From IMG/VR virus record IMGVR_UViG_3300046323_000419, positions 1 through 64,000 of that record: DNA of 64,000 nt, one strand, 5' to 3'. Shown here piece by piece: positions 37,303 to 47,985 of the stretch. Position 1 is the stretch's first letter, and each line of letters opens with the position of its first letter. Source of the DNA: a virus. Made by a program: the position numbers and the translations under genes. The notes beneath the pieces are model-generated. The model saw only the letters and a list, made by a program, of their open reading frames with translations, did not search any database and was not told where the DNA came from.

Positions 37303-38049
37303 ATGACTAACTTAGAGTTTAAAAATGAATTTTTAATATCTTACAATGCGATTGCAAGTAATTCGGCACCGGGAATAGATGATTACGAACTTAGTGTTTA
37401 CTTAACTCGTGCACAATTAGAAATTGTTAAAAATTATTATGATCCTTTAAGTAATCGTAAACAAAAAGGTTTTGAAGCTACTGAAAAAAGACGTAGAGAT
37501 TTAAATCAATTAGTAAAAGATTATAAAACAACTGATACAATATTAAATGATTTTAATATCGATTCGTTAGCAAAGTTTTATATAGTACCTAATGATTTAT
37601 TTTTAATAGTTAACGAAAAAGCTAAAGTAACTTCAGAGGATTGTTATAATAGTAAAACTTTAACTATTAAACCAATGTCTTATGACGAATATGATATTCA
37701 GATTGATAATCCATTTGAAAAACCAAATGAGAAAATTGCTTGGAGATTAGATTTATCAAATGTTAATAATGTTAAAGTTGTTGAGATTATATCACCTTAT
37801 AATATTTTAGGATCATTGGAATATCAAATTAGATATATTAAATATCCAAAACCTATTATTATTACAAATTTAAACACCACTTTTCCATCAGACAATTTAA
37901 CAATTGATGGAATTTTTGCAGAAACACCTTGTGAATTAAATGCAGAAATCTGTAGAGAAATATTAGATAGAGCTGTACTATTGGCTCTAGCAGATTATCG
38001 TCCACAGAATTTACAAGTAAAAGCTCAAATGAGCCAAACAAATGAATAA
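37303..38049 (+). CDS. head-tail ring (adaptor) protein
   Basis: EF...YN..SNSAPGIDDYE.SVYLT.AQ; CEL...EILDRAV. Confidence 0.75.
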   Translation: MTNLEFKNEFLISYNAIASNSAPGIDDYELSVYLTRAQLEIVKNYYDPLSNRKQKGFEATEKRRRDLNQLVKDYKTTDTILNDFNIDSLAKFYIVPNDLFLIVNEKAKVTSEDCYNSKTLTIKPMSYDEYDIQIDNPFEKPNEKIAWRLDLSNVNNVKVVEIISPYNILGSLEYQIRYIKYPKPIIITNLNTTFPSDNLTIDGIFAETPCELNAEICREILDRAVLLALADYRPQNLQVKAQMSQTNE

Positions 38050-38083
38050 ATAAATATTATTATAAATTAAAACAAATTAAATT

Positions 38084-39091
38084 ATGTTTACACCAAATAT
38101 GACAGGTGAGATGATGATTGGAAATGCAGTAGCCACAGAAACAACTTCTGCTACTTTTATTGCTACAGCATCAGACAAAGAATTAAAAGTAATTTCTAAA
38201 GATGGTACTGCTGTTGCAGCTAAAAAACCATTTTATGTTTTACAAAAAGCAGATGGAATTCCTGGAGGATTTGAATTTTCAGATAAAGTTGACCCTCGAT
38301 ATGTGGAAAAAGTTACAGTTACTACTTATTCTGCTGAAGTATTGGGTTCTTATAAAGTAGATGGTTTTAACACTGCAGGTGTTGTAGCAGCTAAAAGAAC
38401 TTATGAAGTTGAAGTTAGATTGGAAGATCAATTATCTCCTGAAAACTTTACAACTATTCAAGGATATTATGTAACAGGTCAAGTAATTGGTTCTGATACA
38501 CCAACAACCGTTAGAGATGGTGTTTTATTATCTTTAAATAAAAATCTATCTAATCGTGGAGCAGATGAATTTACAGCAGTTGCTGACGGTACTGGAATTT
38601 TAATTACAGAAAAATATCAAGCAAACCGTGTTGGTAGAGATACTGGTCGTAAATTACAATTTACTGTTAAAGGTAAAGTTTTTGAAAATGTACCTACAAA
38701 TGGTGAAAGTTCAAATCTTGGACTTTTAATTGCAACTCAAATAACAGTACCGAAACCTGGAAATGGAGATGGTAAATGGGTTACTAATGCTGAGTATGTT
38801 CTTAAAGGATTTAAATATGATCCATCAAGAGAATACGGATTTCCAGCAAATTTTGGTAATTTAACACCAACATATGCTTCTGGATCAGGAGTATATAATC
38901 TTATTCATATTAAACATTATATGCCCCGTACAGAAACTTCTGTGGAACGTCAATATAAAGTTTTAACTATTGCAGTAGATAAAGTAACTGATACATTGGC
39001 AAACAATGCTAATACTAACTCCATTCTTACTCAAATTAGAACAGCAGTTGATACATACGCAACTGTACCAGCTAACTTAGCAGTAGTATAA
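38084..39091 (+). CDS. auxiliary capsid / structural protein
   Basis: Ala/Thr/Val-rich, followed by a terminator; synteny with the crAss-like capsid module. Confidence 0.65.
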   Translation: MFTPNMTGEMMIGNAVATETTSATFIATASDKELKVISKDGTAVAAKKPFYVLQKADGIPGGFEFSDKVDPRYVEKVTVTTYSAEVLGSYKVDGFNTAGVVAAKRTYEVEVRLEDQLSPENFTTIQGYYVTGQVIGSDTPTTVRDGVLLSLNKNLSNRGADEFTAVADGTGILITEKYQANRVGRDTGRKLQFTVKGKVFENVPTNGESSNLGLLIATQITVPKPGNGDGKWVTNAEYVLKGFKYDPSREYGFPANFGNLTPTYASGSGVYNLIHIKHYMPRTETSVERQYKVLTIAVDKVTDTLANNANTNSILTQIRTAVDTYATVPANLAVV

Positions 39092-39114
39092 TAACACAAA
39101 TAAATAATAACCTA

Positions 39115-39162
39115 AAAAGGCTGATTGTAAACATTAATTTGTACGCAGTCAGCTTTTTTTTT
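39115..39162 (+). terminator. intrinsic terminator
   Basis: aaaaggctgattg...cagtcagctttt plus T run. Confidence 0.8.
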
Positions 39163-39172
39163 ACACAAAAAT

Positions 39173-39754
39173 ATGGCAGCAGCAGCGATACAGAATTTTG
39201 AAATATTAAATGACGGGCAACAACTTGCAATTGATGTAGAAACTATTGAAGGGAGTTTAATAACTTCAATCAAATTATGGAATATTGATGCTTTTAAAGA
39301 TGAATCTTTAAGTATTGATTTAGATTATAAATTAGAACAAATTAATAATAAAGAAGTTTTTATAGTTACTGCTACAGAATTAAATATACCTTCTTTTACA
39401 GATATTTGGTTCATTGAAATTGAAAGTGATTATGAAGGTACAGAAGGTTGTACAAGTTGTCAAGACCCTGCATTAGGAATTACTTATAATTTACAACCTT
39501 ATTATAAATGTATGTTAAATTATTTATTAGAATCAGAAAAATCTATAGATAGTAATTCTATAAATGCTTATTCAAATAATTTAACAATTACTGTAAATTT
39601 ATTAATTGACTCTATTGAAAAATCATTAGATGTTGGATATTATTTACAAGCAATTGAAATGTTAAATAATCTTAAAAAACTTTGTAATATTTCTAAATGT
39701 AAAAATTGTCAAACAGTTATATGTAGTTCTTGTAGTAAATTTATACAACAATAA
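39173..39754 (+). CDS. tail hub/collar-like protein, Cys-rich
   Basis: Position before the fibre genes; CxxC clusters. Confidence 0.55.
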   Translation: MAAAAIQNFEILNDGQQLAIDVETIEGSLITSIKLWNIDAFKDESLSIDLDYKLEQINNKEVFIVTATELNIPSFTDIWFIEIESDYEGTEGCTSCQDPALGITYNLQPYYKCMLNYLLESEKSIDSNSINAYSNNLTITVNLLIDSIEKSLDVGYYLQAIEMLNNLKKLCNISKCKNCQTVICSSCSKFIQQ

Positions 39755-39756
39755 TT

Positions 39757-40467
39757 ATGCAACAAATAAATGAAAAATCACATTATTCTACAATAATTAG
39801 CTCTTTAAATAAAGAATATAAAAAAACTAAAATTGGTAAATCAATGACTCCAAATGACATTTATTTATTAGATGTTATATATAATTTATTACAAGGATGT
39901 TGTTTAGAATTAAGTAATATAGAAACTAAAAAGCTTTTAAAAATATATAATACTCTTTCACATACTTCTAAAATAATTTGCAATAATAATTATCAAGAAA
40001 TTTATCAAATGAGTAAAAAGAATAAATTTATTCAAGCTGAAAAAACAGACTGCAACACAATACCATTACAACCAACTATAGATAAAATTTATTATTGGCA
40101 AGAAGAATCATATATTACTATAATTGATGATATAATTCCATTAACATACATTGAAAATTATTTTACAGATAAATTATTTGATAAATATTCTAATTTTAAA
40201 GATATAGGTAAAACTATAAATTATGAAAATGTAGGTAGAATTTGTTTTTATGCTACAGAATCAGATGATCAAAAATTTATAGTTACAGATATATTAAATA
40301 ATGACGTTACTGATATATTTGATATTGTATATTTAGTCGATTCAAATGATACAATATTTGTATCCAAAGATTTTTATACACCTAGCGATATATTTTTTAA
40401 ATTTACAAAAACAAACAACACAAACGATTCAATATTTGATATTGAATTTAATAACATATTTCAATAA
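39757..40467 (+). CDS. tail-associated protein
   Basis: Position in the tail module. Confidence 0.55.
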   Translation: MQQINEKSHYSTIISSLNKEYKKTKIGKSMTPNDIYLLDVIYNLLQGCCLELSNIETKKLLKIYNTLSHTSKIICNNNYQEIYQMSKKNKFIQAEKTDCNTIPLQPTIDKIYYWQEESYITIIDDIIPLTYIENYFTDKLFDKYSNFKDIGKTINYENVGRICFYATESDDQKFIVTDILNNDVTDIFDIVYLVDSNDTIFVSKDFYTPSDIFFKFTKTNNTNDSIFDIEFNNIFQ

Positions 40468-41363
40468 TGAGTAAAGAACAAATAAAAACACAAATAGATA
40501 CAGATATTACTAATAAAACATCTGTAAAAAGTATTTCACCGTCAAACGTAGGTGGAAATATGAAAAACGTTGTAGACCTAATTCCAGATGTAAAAACAAA
40601 TGGAACTGTTCTTGCTGTAAGCGGTTCAAAAGCTACTTTACAATATGATATAAATAATGTAAATAAATCAGGAGGTTCAGAAGTTAAATTACCAACAACA
40701 ATAGAAGTTGGTAAAGAAGTTTTATTTTTAGCAAGTAATTATGCAGGAGCAGTTAGTGTTTATGTAAATGATGCAGGAGATATAAAATTATCAGGTGGTG
40801 CAAATGGTATATCAGGAAATCAACAAAGTTTACAAATAAATGCAAATGAAGCATATAGATTTATATATAGAACTGATAATTATTGGTATTTTGAAAAAAT
40901 AATAGATATACCTACAAATTTATATCAATTACAGTCTGAAAGAACAACAGATGGAACTTTAGTTACTAATTCAAATTTCAAATATCCAACAGAACAAGCG
41001 GTTAAAACATATGTGGACGCAAAAGATTCAAGACCTTATAAAATTTATACTGCAATTCTTTTTCAAAATGGAACAAACTCACCAACTGCAATCGTATTGG
41101 AAAATACCTATGGAGTAAATTTTAATTGGTCAAGAACAGGAATTGGAAACTATAAAGTTTCAAATTCTGAAGGTGTTTTTGTTAATGAAAAGACAATTAG
41201 TTTTTTTAATAATTCAGACGACCAAAGATCAATATCTTCTTTTTATGATTCAATAAACGATTATTATGTATCTCAGTTTTTAATAAACAGCTCAGGAGAC
41301 CCAAACATATCACCTTTTGATGGTTTCTATAAAGCAATGATAGAAATTAGAACTTATAATTAA
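40467..41363 (+). CDS. tail fibre/spike-like protein
   Basis: YPTEQAVKTYVD fibre segment plus beta-rich domains. Confidence 0.6.
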   Translation: MSKEQIKTQIDTDITNKTSVKSISPSNVGGNMKNVVDLIPDVKTNGTVLAVSGSKATLQYDINNVNKSGGSEVKLPTTIEVGKEVLFLASNYAGAVSVYVNDAGDIKLSGGANGISGNQQSLQINANEAYRFIYRTDNYWYFEKIIDIPTNLYQLQSERTTDGTLVTNSNFKYPTEQAVKTYVDAKDSRPYKIYTAILFQNGTNSPTAIVLENTYGVNFNWSRTGIGNYKVSNSEGVFVNEKTISFFNNSDDQRSISSFYDSINDYYVSQFLINSSGDPNISPFDGFYKAMIEIRTYN

Positions 41364-41374
41364 AAATAATAAAT

Positions 41375-42937
41375 ATGGCAAATCAATATAGTGCTGATGT
41401 ACCTAAAGGATTCAATGTACCTAAGCAGGTACGATTAGATTCAATAACAAGTATTCAAAATGAAAATACTCTTAAAAATTTAGGCATCGGTAATAATTTA
41501 GCATTTAAATATTATGAAGGTTTAAAAGTTTATTGTAAAGATGAAAAAACAGAATATGTTTGGAGAGAAGTTATAGGTCTTGAAACAGGATTATTAGATA
41601 TATCTTTTATTTACCCTACTTATAATACAGTAGATGGAATTAATTATTCTGGAAAATCTTTTAATTTCTTTAGTACTGATATTATGAATTTAGATCCTTT
41701 AGAATTTAATGTTATAAATAAAACTGTATGGAATAATGGATTTAATAATTTACCAGCAAATACTTCTTTTGGAGAAAACTCTTTATCAAGTATAACTACA
41801 GGTGATTATAATTCTGCATTCGGAATGAGTTGTTTAGAGTTTAATACAACGGGTGGAGGAAATGTTGCTGTTGGTATCAGTGCGTTGAGAGAAAATACCA
41901 CAGGTTCTAATAATACTACTTTAGGTGTAAATGGACTATACTCTAACACTACAGGAAGTTCAAATACCGCTATCGGTTCTACAGCTTTGTTTGCGAATAC
42001 TACAGGGGGTTCAAACACTGCAATAGGGCAATCAACATTATCTGAAAATGTAAATGGTTCTTTTAATACTGCAATTGGTAGATCAACTTTGTCTGCTAAT
42101 TCAACTGGTTTAAGAAATACGGCTATTGGATACCTTTCACTATCTACAAATACTACAGGAAATGATAATACAGCTATAGGTGTAGATTCACTAACTGCTA
42201 ATCTAAGTGGAAGTAAAAATACAGCTTTAGGACAATTAGCAGGGCGTTATTTTGGCACAAACTCTGAATTAACAAATGCAACTAATTCTATTTTTTTAGG
42301 AGTACAAACAAGAGCGTTAGTAAATAATTCAAATAATGAAATAGTTATAGGATATGATGCTGTAGGTGCAGGGAATGATACTATCACATTAGGAAATGTT
42401 AATATTGTTAGAACAGTGCTTAGAGGTGTAGTTGCTAATACTACAGCTTATACCGTTTCCACATTACCTACTGGAGCTAGAGGAGACAGAGCGTATGTGA
42501 CAGATGCTTTAACACCAACATCTTTAGAAACTTTGACAGGTGGTGGAAACGTAACTTGCCCAGTGTTTTATAATGGAGTAAATTGGGTCAGTAATTTATC
42601 TTCCAATAATTCAGATTTAACAAATTTACAAAAAACTATTACGTATCCAGCAGACTTTACAGGTACAAACTATACTATAACAAATGCAGATAATAACTAT
42701 ACAATAATAGTAGATAATACTACCACTGCAGTCACTATAACAGTACCTAGTGGACTAATGTCTAAAATAGGAGTAGGTTTTATACAAAAAGGAACAGCAG
42801 ATGTGACATTTGTAGCTTCAGGAACAACAATTCAAAATCCTATAGGGCTAAAAAGCAAAGGTCAATATTATCAAACATTTATTGAACAAGAACTTGCTAC
42901 AAACGTAATATATCTATTAGGAAATACTAAAGTATAG
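41375..42937 (+). CDS. tail fibre with 14-aa beta-roll repeats
   Basis: About ten NTAIGxxxLxxNTTGx repeats (approx. 41760-42240), YadA-head-like. Confidence 0.8.
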   Translation: MANQYSADVPKGFNVPKQVRLDSITSIQNENTLKNLGIGNNLAFKYYEGLKVYCKDEKTEYVWREVIGLETGLLDISFIYPTYNTVDGINYSGKSFNFFSTDIMNLDPLEFNVINKTVWNNGFNNLPANTSFGENSLSSITTGDYNSAFGMSCLEFNTTGGGNVAVGISALRENTTGSNNTTLGVNGLYSNTTGSSNTAIGSTALFANTTGGSNTAIGQSTLSENVNGSFNTAIGRSTLSANSTGLRNTAIGYLSLSTNTTGNDNTAIGVDSLTANLSGSKNTALGQLAGRYFGTNSELTNATNSIFLGVQTRALVNNSNNEIVIGYDAVGAGNDTITLGNVNIVRTVLRGVVANTTAYTVSTLPTGARGDRAYVTDALTPTSLETLTGGGNVTCPVFYNGVNWVSNLSSNNSDLTNLQKTITYPADFTGTNYTITNADNNYTIIVDNTTTAVTITVPSGLMSKIGVGFIQKGTADVTFVASGTTIQNPIGLKSKGQYYQTFIEQELATNVIYLLGNTKV

Positions 42938-42940
42938 GAT

Positions 42941-43327
42941 ATGAATAATTTTAAAAAAAACATATTTAAAAGTATGATAGATATAGTTGTAGTTACACCT
43001 TCTATAACATTTTCACCTAATACCCCATGTATTTCTGACGCAGGGATATTTGACACTACTCTTACAGGAACAGTTACTATTATTGGAGCAAGTTATGAAT
43101 TTAGAGCTACTGCTTATACATATTCATCGCCTGCAGGAAGTATAAACACAGCAGTTTCTATGAACGGATTGACAAATATGATTGCAGAAAGAACAACTAT
43201 AGGACAGTCTATTTCAGCTTCTTCAGTAACATTAGAACCAGGAATTCATACATATCAAATTAGAGTAAATTCAAACAGTAGTTTAGGTTCAGGGGGGGGA
43301 TGTATTGATGTTACACAAGTAGCGTAA
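42941..43327 (+). CDS. small beta-rich fibre-associated protein
   Basis: Ser/Thr-rich, directly after the fibre gene. Confidence 0.6.
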   Translation: MNNFKKNIFKSMIDIVVVTPSITFSPNTPCISDAGIFDTTLTGTVTIIGASYEFRATAYTYSSPAGSINTAVSMNGLTNMIAERTTIGQSISASSVTLEPGIHTYQIRVNSNSSLGSGGGCIDVTQVA

Positions 43328-43370
43328 TAATATATTTTTCAATAATAAATTAATATAAAATATAAATATA

Positions 43371-43754
43371 ATGATAATAGAATGTAATGCAATATCTCAA
43401 AATATTAACGAATTATTAATCGCTTTCCAAGATTGTAAGAAAATTAAAAATTCTGATTTACGAAAAATGGTAGAATTAATATCTGCTGTTAATATTTGTA
43501 ATAATGGAGGTCCAAATTATGATACCTTAATTACAAATGTATATAATACAAGTCAAACTGTAACATATCCTATTAATAGTTTTCATAGTTTTAGTTTAAG
43601 TATAATTTCAGGTAGTATTGTATATAATGGAGTAACCTTACCTGAAGGAGCTGTTAAAAATATAGAATACACTACTTTAAATCAAATACCAGTTTCATTT
43701 ATTGTAAATACTGCAAGTCAGGTATTAGTTGAATATTTAATCGAAACAGTTTAA
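43371..43754 (+). CDS. tail-associated protein
   Basis: Position in the tail module. Confidence 0.55.
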   Translation: MIIECNAISQNINELLIAFQDCKKIKNSDLRKMVELISAVNICNNGGPNYDTLITNVYNTSQTVTYPINSFHSFSLSIISGSIVYNGVTLPEGAVKNIEYTTLNQIPVSFIVNTASQVLVEYLIETV

Positions 43755-43755
43755 A

Positions 43756-45969
43756 ATGGCTAAAATAACATCAACTTTACCTTCTAAAGGGTTAGGAATT
43801 TCGATACATAATAATTTACAAGGTTTAAACGTAGGTGATTATCAACACTTAACCGTTGCAGAAAAATCAGCGTTGGTTAGTGGTTCAGGAACTACGAATA
43901 GAATACCAAAGTTTAATAGTTCAAATACGTTAGTAGATAGTTCTATTTTAGATACGGGGAATATATTAATAGGTACTACAACAGATAACGGAGTAGACGC
44001 TTTACAAGTTACAGGAAGCGTAGGATTAAATACCGCCCCTACAACAAGCGCAGGGGGGTATGACATTCTTACAAGGAATACAAGTACAGGACAGGTTGAG
44101 AAAGTGGCTAGTAGTGTAATTGAAAACATAACTTTCCCATCTGATTTACCTATATTACATAGTACTGCGAAAAAATTGAAATTCGTAATGTACTGGCCAC
44201 AATTATCTCCATATATGGATTGGTGGAAAGAATTAGACAACAATATGTTTAATTGGTCAGATATTGATAGTGACTTGTATATGATTAAATTTAGTCTAGG
44301 TGCTAATGCGGTAAGAATATTTATATATTATGATAACCAATTTAGACAAACCGGAACTTTAGGCTGGACGGATGGGGCGGGGAATCACAACCCAATTAGA
44401 CTTGATCAATTAAAACAATTCATTTCGTTAGCCGAAGAATTTGAACTGGATGTCATTGTAACAATGTATCAATTACTTCCAGCATTAACTCCAGCTGACA
44501 ACTGGGATTTCTTGGAAACAGACATTGAACACTATACGTCATTTCATACATGGATTTTAAATGGGATTAAAGAGCATAAAAACGTAACTTGTTACAATCT
44601 AATGAATGAACCTGATGGATATGGAGTATTTGCGGATCCAGCATTGGGTGGTAGAGTATTGACATTTTTAAATATATTAAGAAACGTAGGTAAAACAGTT
44701 GCTCCAAATTTAAAATGTATTGTTAATGCAACAACACATGACAATTCATTTAGAAGATTCCCAAATACACCAGCGGAAGCTAATAGTATCTATGACATCA
44801 CAGATGTTTTGGCTCATAATTCATTTAGATGGGCAGATACAGGTGATTGGCCTGGAACAAATTTTCAAACTCAATTGGCTTATTTGAACGCGAAAAACGT
44901 TCTGAACAAACCTATTGCAATGATGGAATGCGGTTTTCCGGCTAACTATGCTCAACAATTAGTAGAAGGGTTTCCATTATTTAACGAATCTGGCGAACTC
45001 ATTGAAGGTAATGCGAGTTCTACTGATGAAAGCATAGTTCCTCAAGGAAATATATTTGATAGACCTATTGGACGAGTAGGTGGTTTACCGCACACACAAG
45101 ATAACCAAGCCAAAAGTGTTGGAGAAGCAATTGCAATGGCAGAAAGATATGACTTAGATGGTCTTGGAATTTGGTCAGCATTTGATCATAAAGCAAAATT
45201 TCTTATTGGTCCAAATGCCGCACCATACGTGTACCGTGACCCATTTGGACTTATTGATAAAAACAGAGTAGTGTTACCAGCAGGTAAACTATTCAAGTAC
45301 GCTTTAACAGAAAAATATCCATATAATTTAAAACACAAGTTGTCCTTATCATCAGGTACAGTAGGTGGCGATGCTAGAATTAATGGACTTGGAGGATATA
45401 ATACAGTAGATACAACTAAAAATACCCCCAATGGTGTTTATCTAGGTGTTGGAGGGTCTTATTGGAATTCAGAAGCGTTAGCAGTTTCATTTCCAACTAA
45501 GATAGTGTTAAATTTTACAATTAGGACAGCTTATACTCACCAAGAGCCTATGATCATAAGTATTCTTACTAATGGTAAGCAGCTTGATTTTAGATATAAA
45601 GTTTATGGAGTAAATTCTTGGCAACGATTAGATGCGACAAGCGCAGATATTGATAGAGGTTGGGCAAGCAACTCACCTGTTTTAGGAGTTGGAAATCACT
45701 CTTTAATGATAGATTTCTCCACAGTTGACTTAAGTCCTACAATAACTATCGATGGGATATTGTTAGATTATTCTGCTTCAGGAATCGAACCTTTTGATTT
45801 ATGGATGTTGGCTGATGGATTTAGAATTGTAGTTAGAAATAACTCAGATTCTCCAATAGATTTAAAAGAAATCCTTGCACAAGGTACAACAGAGGGAGAA
45901 AGTATTGTTATGAACCGAGAATTTGCAAAGCCTATAATTAGAAAAGAACTTATACCAAGAAAATTGTAA
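43756..45969 (+). CDS. tail spike with clan-A (GH5-like) glycoside hydrolase domain
   Basis: Fibre-type N-terminus (HNNLQGL..GDYQHLT, SGTTNRIPKF), LGANAVRIF, MNEPD (acid/base), PIAMMECGF (nucleophile), GLGIWS. Confidence 0.75.
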   Translation: MAKITSTLPSKGLGISIHNNLQGLNVGDYQHLTVAEKSALVSGSGTTNRIPKFNSSNTLVDSSILDTGNILIGTTTDNGVDALQVTGSVGLNTAPTTSAGGYDILTRNTSTGQVEKVASSVIENITFPSDLPILHSTAKKLKFVMYWPQLSPYMDWWKELDNNMFNWSDIDSDLYMIKFSLGANAVRIFIYYDNQFRQTGTLGWTDGAGNHNPIRLDQLKQFISLAEEFELDVIVTMYQLLPALTPADNWDFLETDIEHYTSFHTWILNGIKEHKNVTCYNLMNEPDGYGVFADPALGGRVLTFLNILRNVGKTVAPNLKCIVNATTHDNSFRRFPNTPAEANSIYDITDVLAHNSFRWADTGDWPGTNFQTQLAYLNAKNVLNKPIAMMECGFPANYAQQLVEGFPLFNESGELIEGNASSTDESIVPQGNIFDRPIGRVGGLPHTQDNQAKSVGEAIAMAERYDLDGLGIWSAFDHKAKFLIGPNAAPYVYRDPFGLIDKNRVVLPAGKLFKYALTEKYPYNLKHKLSLSSGTVGGDARINGLGGYNTVDTTKNTPNGVYLGVGGSYWNSEALAVSFPTKIVLNFTIRTAYTHQEPMIISILTNGKQLDFRYKVYGVNSWQRLDATSADIDRGWASNSPVLGVGNHSLMIDFSTVDLSPTITIDGILLDYSASGIEPFDLWMLADGFRIVVRNNSDSPIDLKEILAQGTTEGESIVMNREFAKPIIRKELIPRKL

Positions 45970-45994
45970 AATAAAATGACAAAAACAATAGAAA

Positions 45995-46087
45995 ATGAGT
46001 AAATTTTTAAGCCTTAATTGGCAGGACTTCCGGAAAAATATGTTAATGACACTACTAACATATGGTGGTTATTTACAAAAAAACTAA
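45995..46087 (+). pseudogene. possible holin remnant (30 aa)
   Basis: MSKFLSLNWQDFRKNMLMTLLTYGGYLQKN resembles the ends of small phage membrane proteins with the middle missing; lies at the start of the lysis cassette. Confidence 0.3.
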
Positions 46088-46112
46088 ATAAAAACTAAAT
46101 AAAAACTAAAAT

Positions 46113-46484
46113 ATGATAGATAGTGAAGATGCTAAAGATGTATTAGTTAAAGTTATTGATACAGAACCTAATAATAGAAGTTGGGTTTTGTCATTAATTC
46201 TAAATATAATTTTAGCAGCAGCCTGTTTTTTTTGTTATTCTAGAATGATAAATGCTGAAAATAGAGAAGTAAATTTATCTCAAAAATTAGATATTCAAAA
46301 ATCTTTAAATTTAGCAGATAGTAAAGATTGTTTAAAAGCAATTAGAGAAGCTGAAAAAAATAAAGATTTAGAATGGTCTATTAAAGTAGATAATTTACAA
46401 ACTATTTACAATAAAGAATTAAAAGAAAAAGCTGAAAAATTAGAAAGGCAGATTAAAGAAATTAATAAAAAAGTAGGTAGATGA
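46113..46484 (+). CDS. membrane-anchored coiled-coil protein, putative holin/lysis factor
   Basis: One TM segment plus coiled coil, upstream of the endolysin. Confidence 0.55.
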   Translation: MIDSEDAKDVLVKVIDTEPNNRSWVLSLILNIILAAACFFCYSRMINAENREVNLSQKLDIQKSLNLADSKDCLKAIREAEKNKDLEWSIKVDNLQTIYNKELKEKAEKLERQIKEINKKVGR

Positions 46485-46663
46485 AAATATATATATGTTT
46501 AATTTTAATGTTTGTAACTACAACAAGTTATAAGAAATCTGATAAAATTTCTTTTATACAAGAAAGATTTTTAATAGAAAAAAGTTTAAATCATACAGAA
46601 AAAGAAATTGAAAAAATTAATAAAATCTTAGATAATAAATATCACAAATTTAAAACTAAATAA
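46481..46663 (+). CDS. small secreted/membrane protein of the lysis cassette
   Basis: Signal-like N-terminus; ATGA overlap. Confidence 0.55.
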   Translation: MKIYICLILMFVTTTSYKKSDKISFIQERFLIEKSLNHTEKEIEKINKILDNKYHKFKTK

Positions 46664-46671
46664 ATATTATC

Positions 46672-47259
46672 ATGGATAAAGCTTTAGAATTAAGTGAAAA
46701 ATATAAAAGTTTACTAAATAAAAATAATATTAATACATTATTAAGATTATCTCATTTTTTTGCACAATTAACTCATGAAAGTGGTTTAAAACCAATTAGC
46801 GAAAATTTAAATTATTCTGAAAAAGGTTTATTAACTATTTTTAAAAAATATTTTAATAATATTACAGCTAAAAAATATGCTAGAAACTCTGAAGCTATAG
46901 CTAATAAAGTTTACGCTAATCGAGGAGGTAATGGTAATGAAAAATCAGGAGATGGTTGGAAATATCGTGGTAAAGGATTTATACAAATAACTCTTAAAGA
47001 TAATTATAAATCTTTATCTAAAGATACAGGTATTGATTATTTTAATAATCCTAATCTATTATTGACAGAAGCTGATAGTATGATTTCATCAATATGGTAT
47101 TGGAATAAAATTAATGGTAATAAATATGCAGATAATGATGATTTAGATACTATTAGTGATTTAATAAATATGGGTAAAAAGACAATTAAAATTGGAGATT
47201 CGAATGGCTATATAAATAGGCGTAATCATTTGAATAAATTAAAAAAATTATTTAAATAA
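46672..47259 (+). CDS. endolysin, glycoside hydrolase family 19
   Basis: HFFAQLTHESG, ENLNYS, GDGWKYRGKGFIQIT. Confidence 0.92.
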   Translation: MDKALELSEKYKSLLNKNNINTLLRLSHFFAQLTHESGLKPISENLNYSEKGLLTIFKKYFNNITAKKYARNSEAIANKVYANRGGNGNEKSGDGWKYRGKGFIQITLKDNYKSLSKDTGIDYFNNPNLLLTEADSMISSIWYWNKINGNKYADNDDLDTISDLINMGKKTIKIGDSNGYINRRNHLNKLKKLFK

Positions 47260-47265
47260 AAGATT

Positions 47266-47898
47266 ATGAATATAAATTTAAAAGAAATTATAATATGGAT
47301 ATTAATATTAATTTTATGTTTTTTTATAGGTAGATGGACATCTCCTGTAGAAACTAAAATTGTAAAGATAACTATACCATCAACATCAGGTAATTCATCC
47401 ATTATAAATAACCCTAAACCTATTATAACAATTAAAGATAGCCTAGTCTATAAAGATAGTTTAATTTATACTGATAATCCAATTAATAAACAAATCATAC
47501 AAGATTATCTTGAGTTAGAAAATAGATATACTGGATTAGAATTAAAAACACAGCAGTTATTAAAATTTGTAAATCTTTCACAAATTAGAAAATATCAAAT
47601 TCCTTTTGAGAATGATACTATTAAAATTATAGGAGATATAGAAGTTCAAGGTGAATTAAAATCTTTAAAATATAATTGGATAATTAAAGAAAAAACTTTT
47701 GATACTACTGTTGAAATTAAAAAACCAACAATGAATTTATTATTAGGGGGTAGTGTATCAAATAATATAGATTTAAATAAGTTTAATATTAATGCTAATA
47801 TAGGTATTCAACGTAAAAATGGTGACCTTATATTAGGCTCTTATGGAACATTTGATAAAACAATTCAAGTTGGATATTTAGTTAATTTAAAACTATAA
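47266..47898 (+). CDS. putative spanin-like membrane protein
   Basis: N-terminal TM segment (FFIGR), C-terminal amphipathic beta strands, follows the endolysin. Confidence 0.55.
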   Translation: MNINLKEIIIWILILILCFFIGRWTSPVETKIVKITIPSTSGNSSIINNPKPIITIKDSLVYKDSLIYTDNPINKQIIQDYLELENRYTGLELKTQQLLKFVNLSQIRKYQIPFENDTIKIIGDIEVQGELKSLKYNWIIKEKTFDTTVEIKKPTMNLLLGGSVSNNIDLNKFNINANIGIQRKNGDLILGSYGTFDKTIQVGYLVNLKL

Positions 47899-47953
47899 TA
47901 AAAATAATTATAAAATAATTGCAATTTTATTAGGTTTTTACAAAAAAATATAT

Positions 47954-47961
47954 TATCTTTG
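47954..47961 (+). promoter_or_regulatory. Bacteroidetes-type -7 promoter element
   Basis: TATCTTTG 24 nt before ORF 47986. Confidence 0.7.
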
Positions 47962-47985
47962 TAATTATTAATCAACATATTATAT

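Noticed and set aside
41760-42240. 42-bp periodicity as a DNA repeat element
   Set aside because: Explained by the 14-aa protein repeat of the tail fibre
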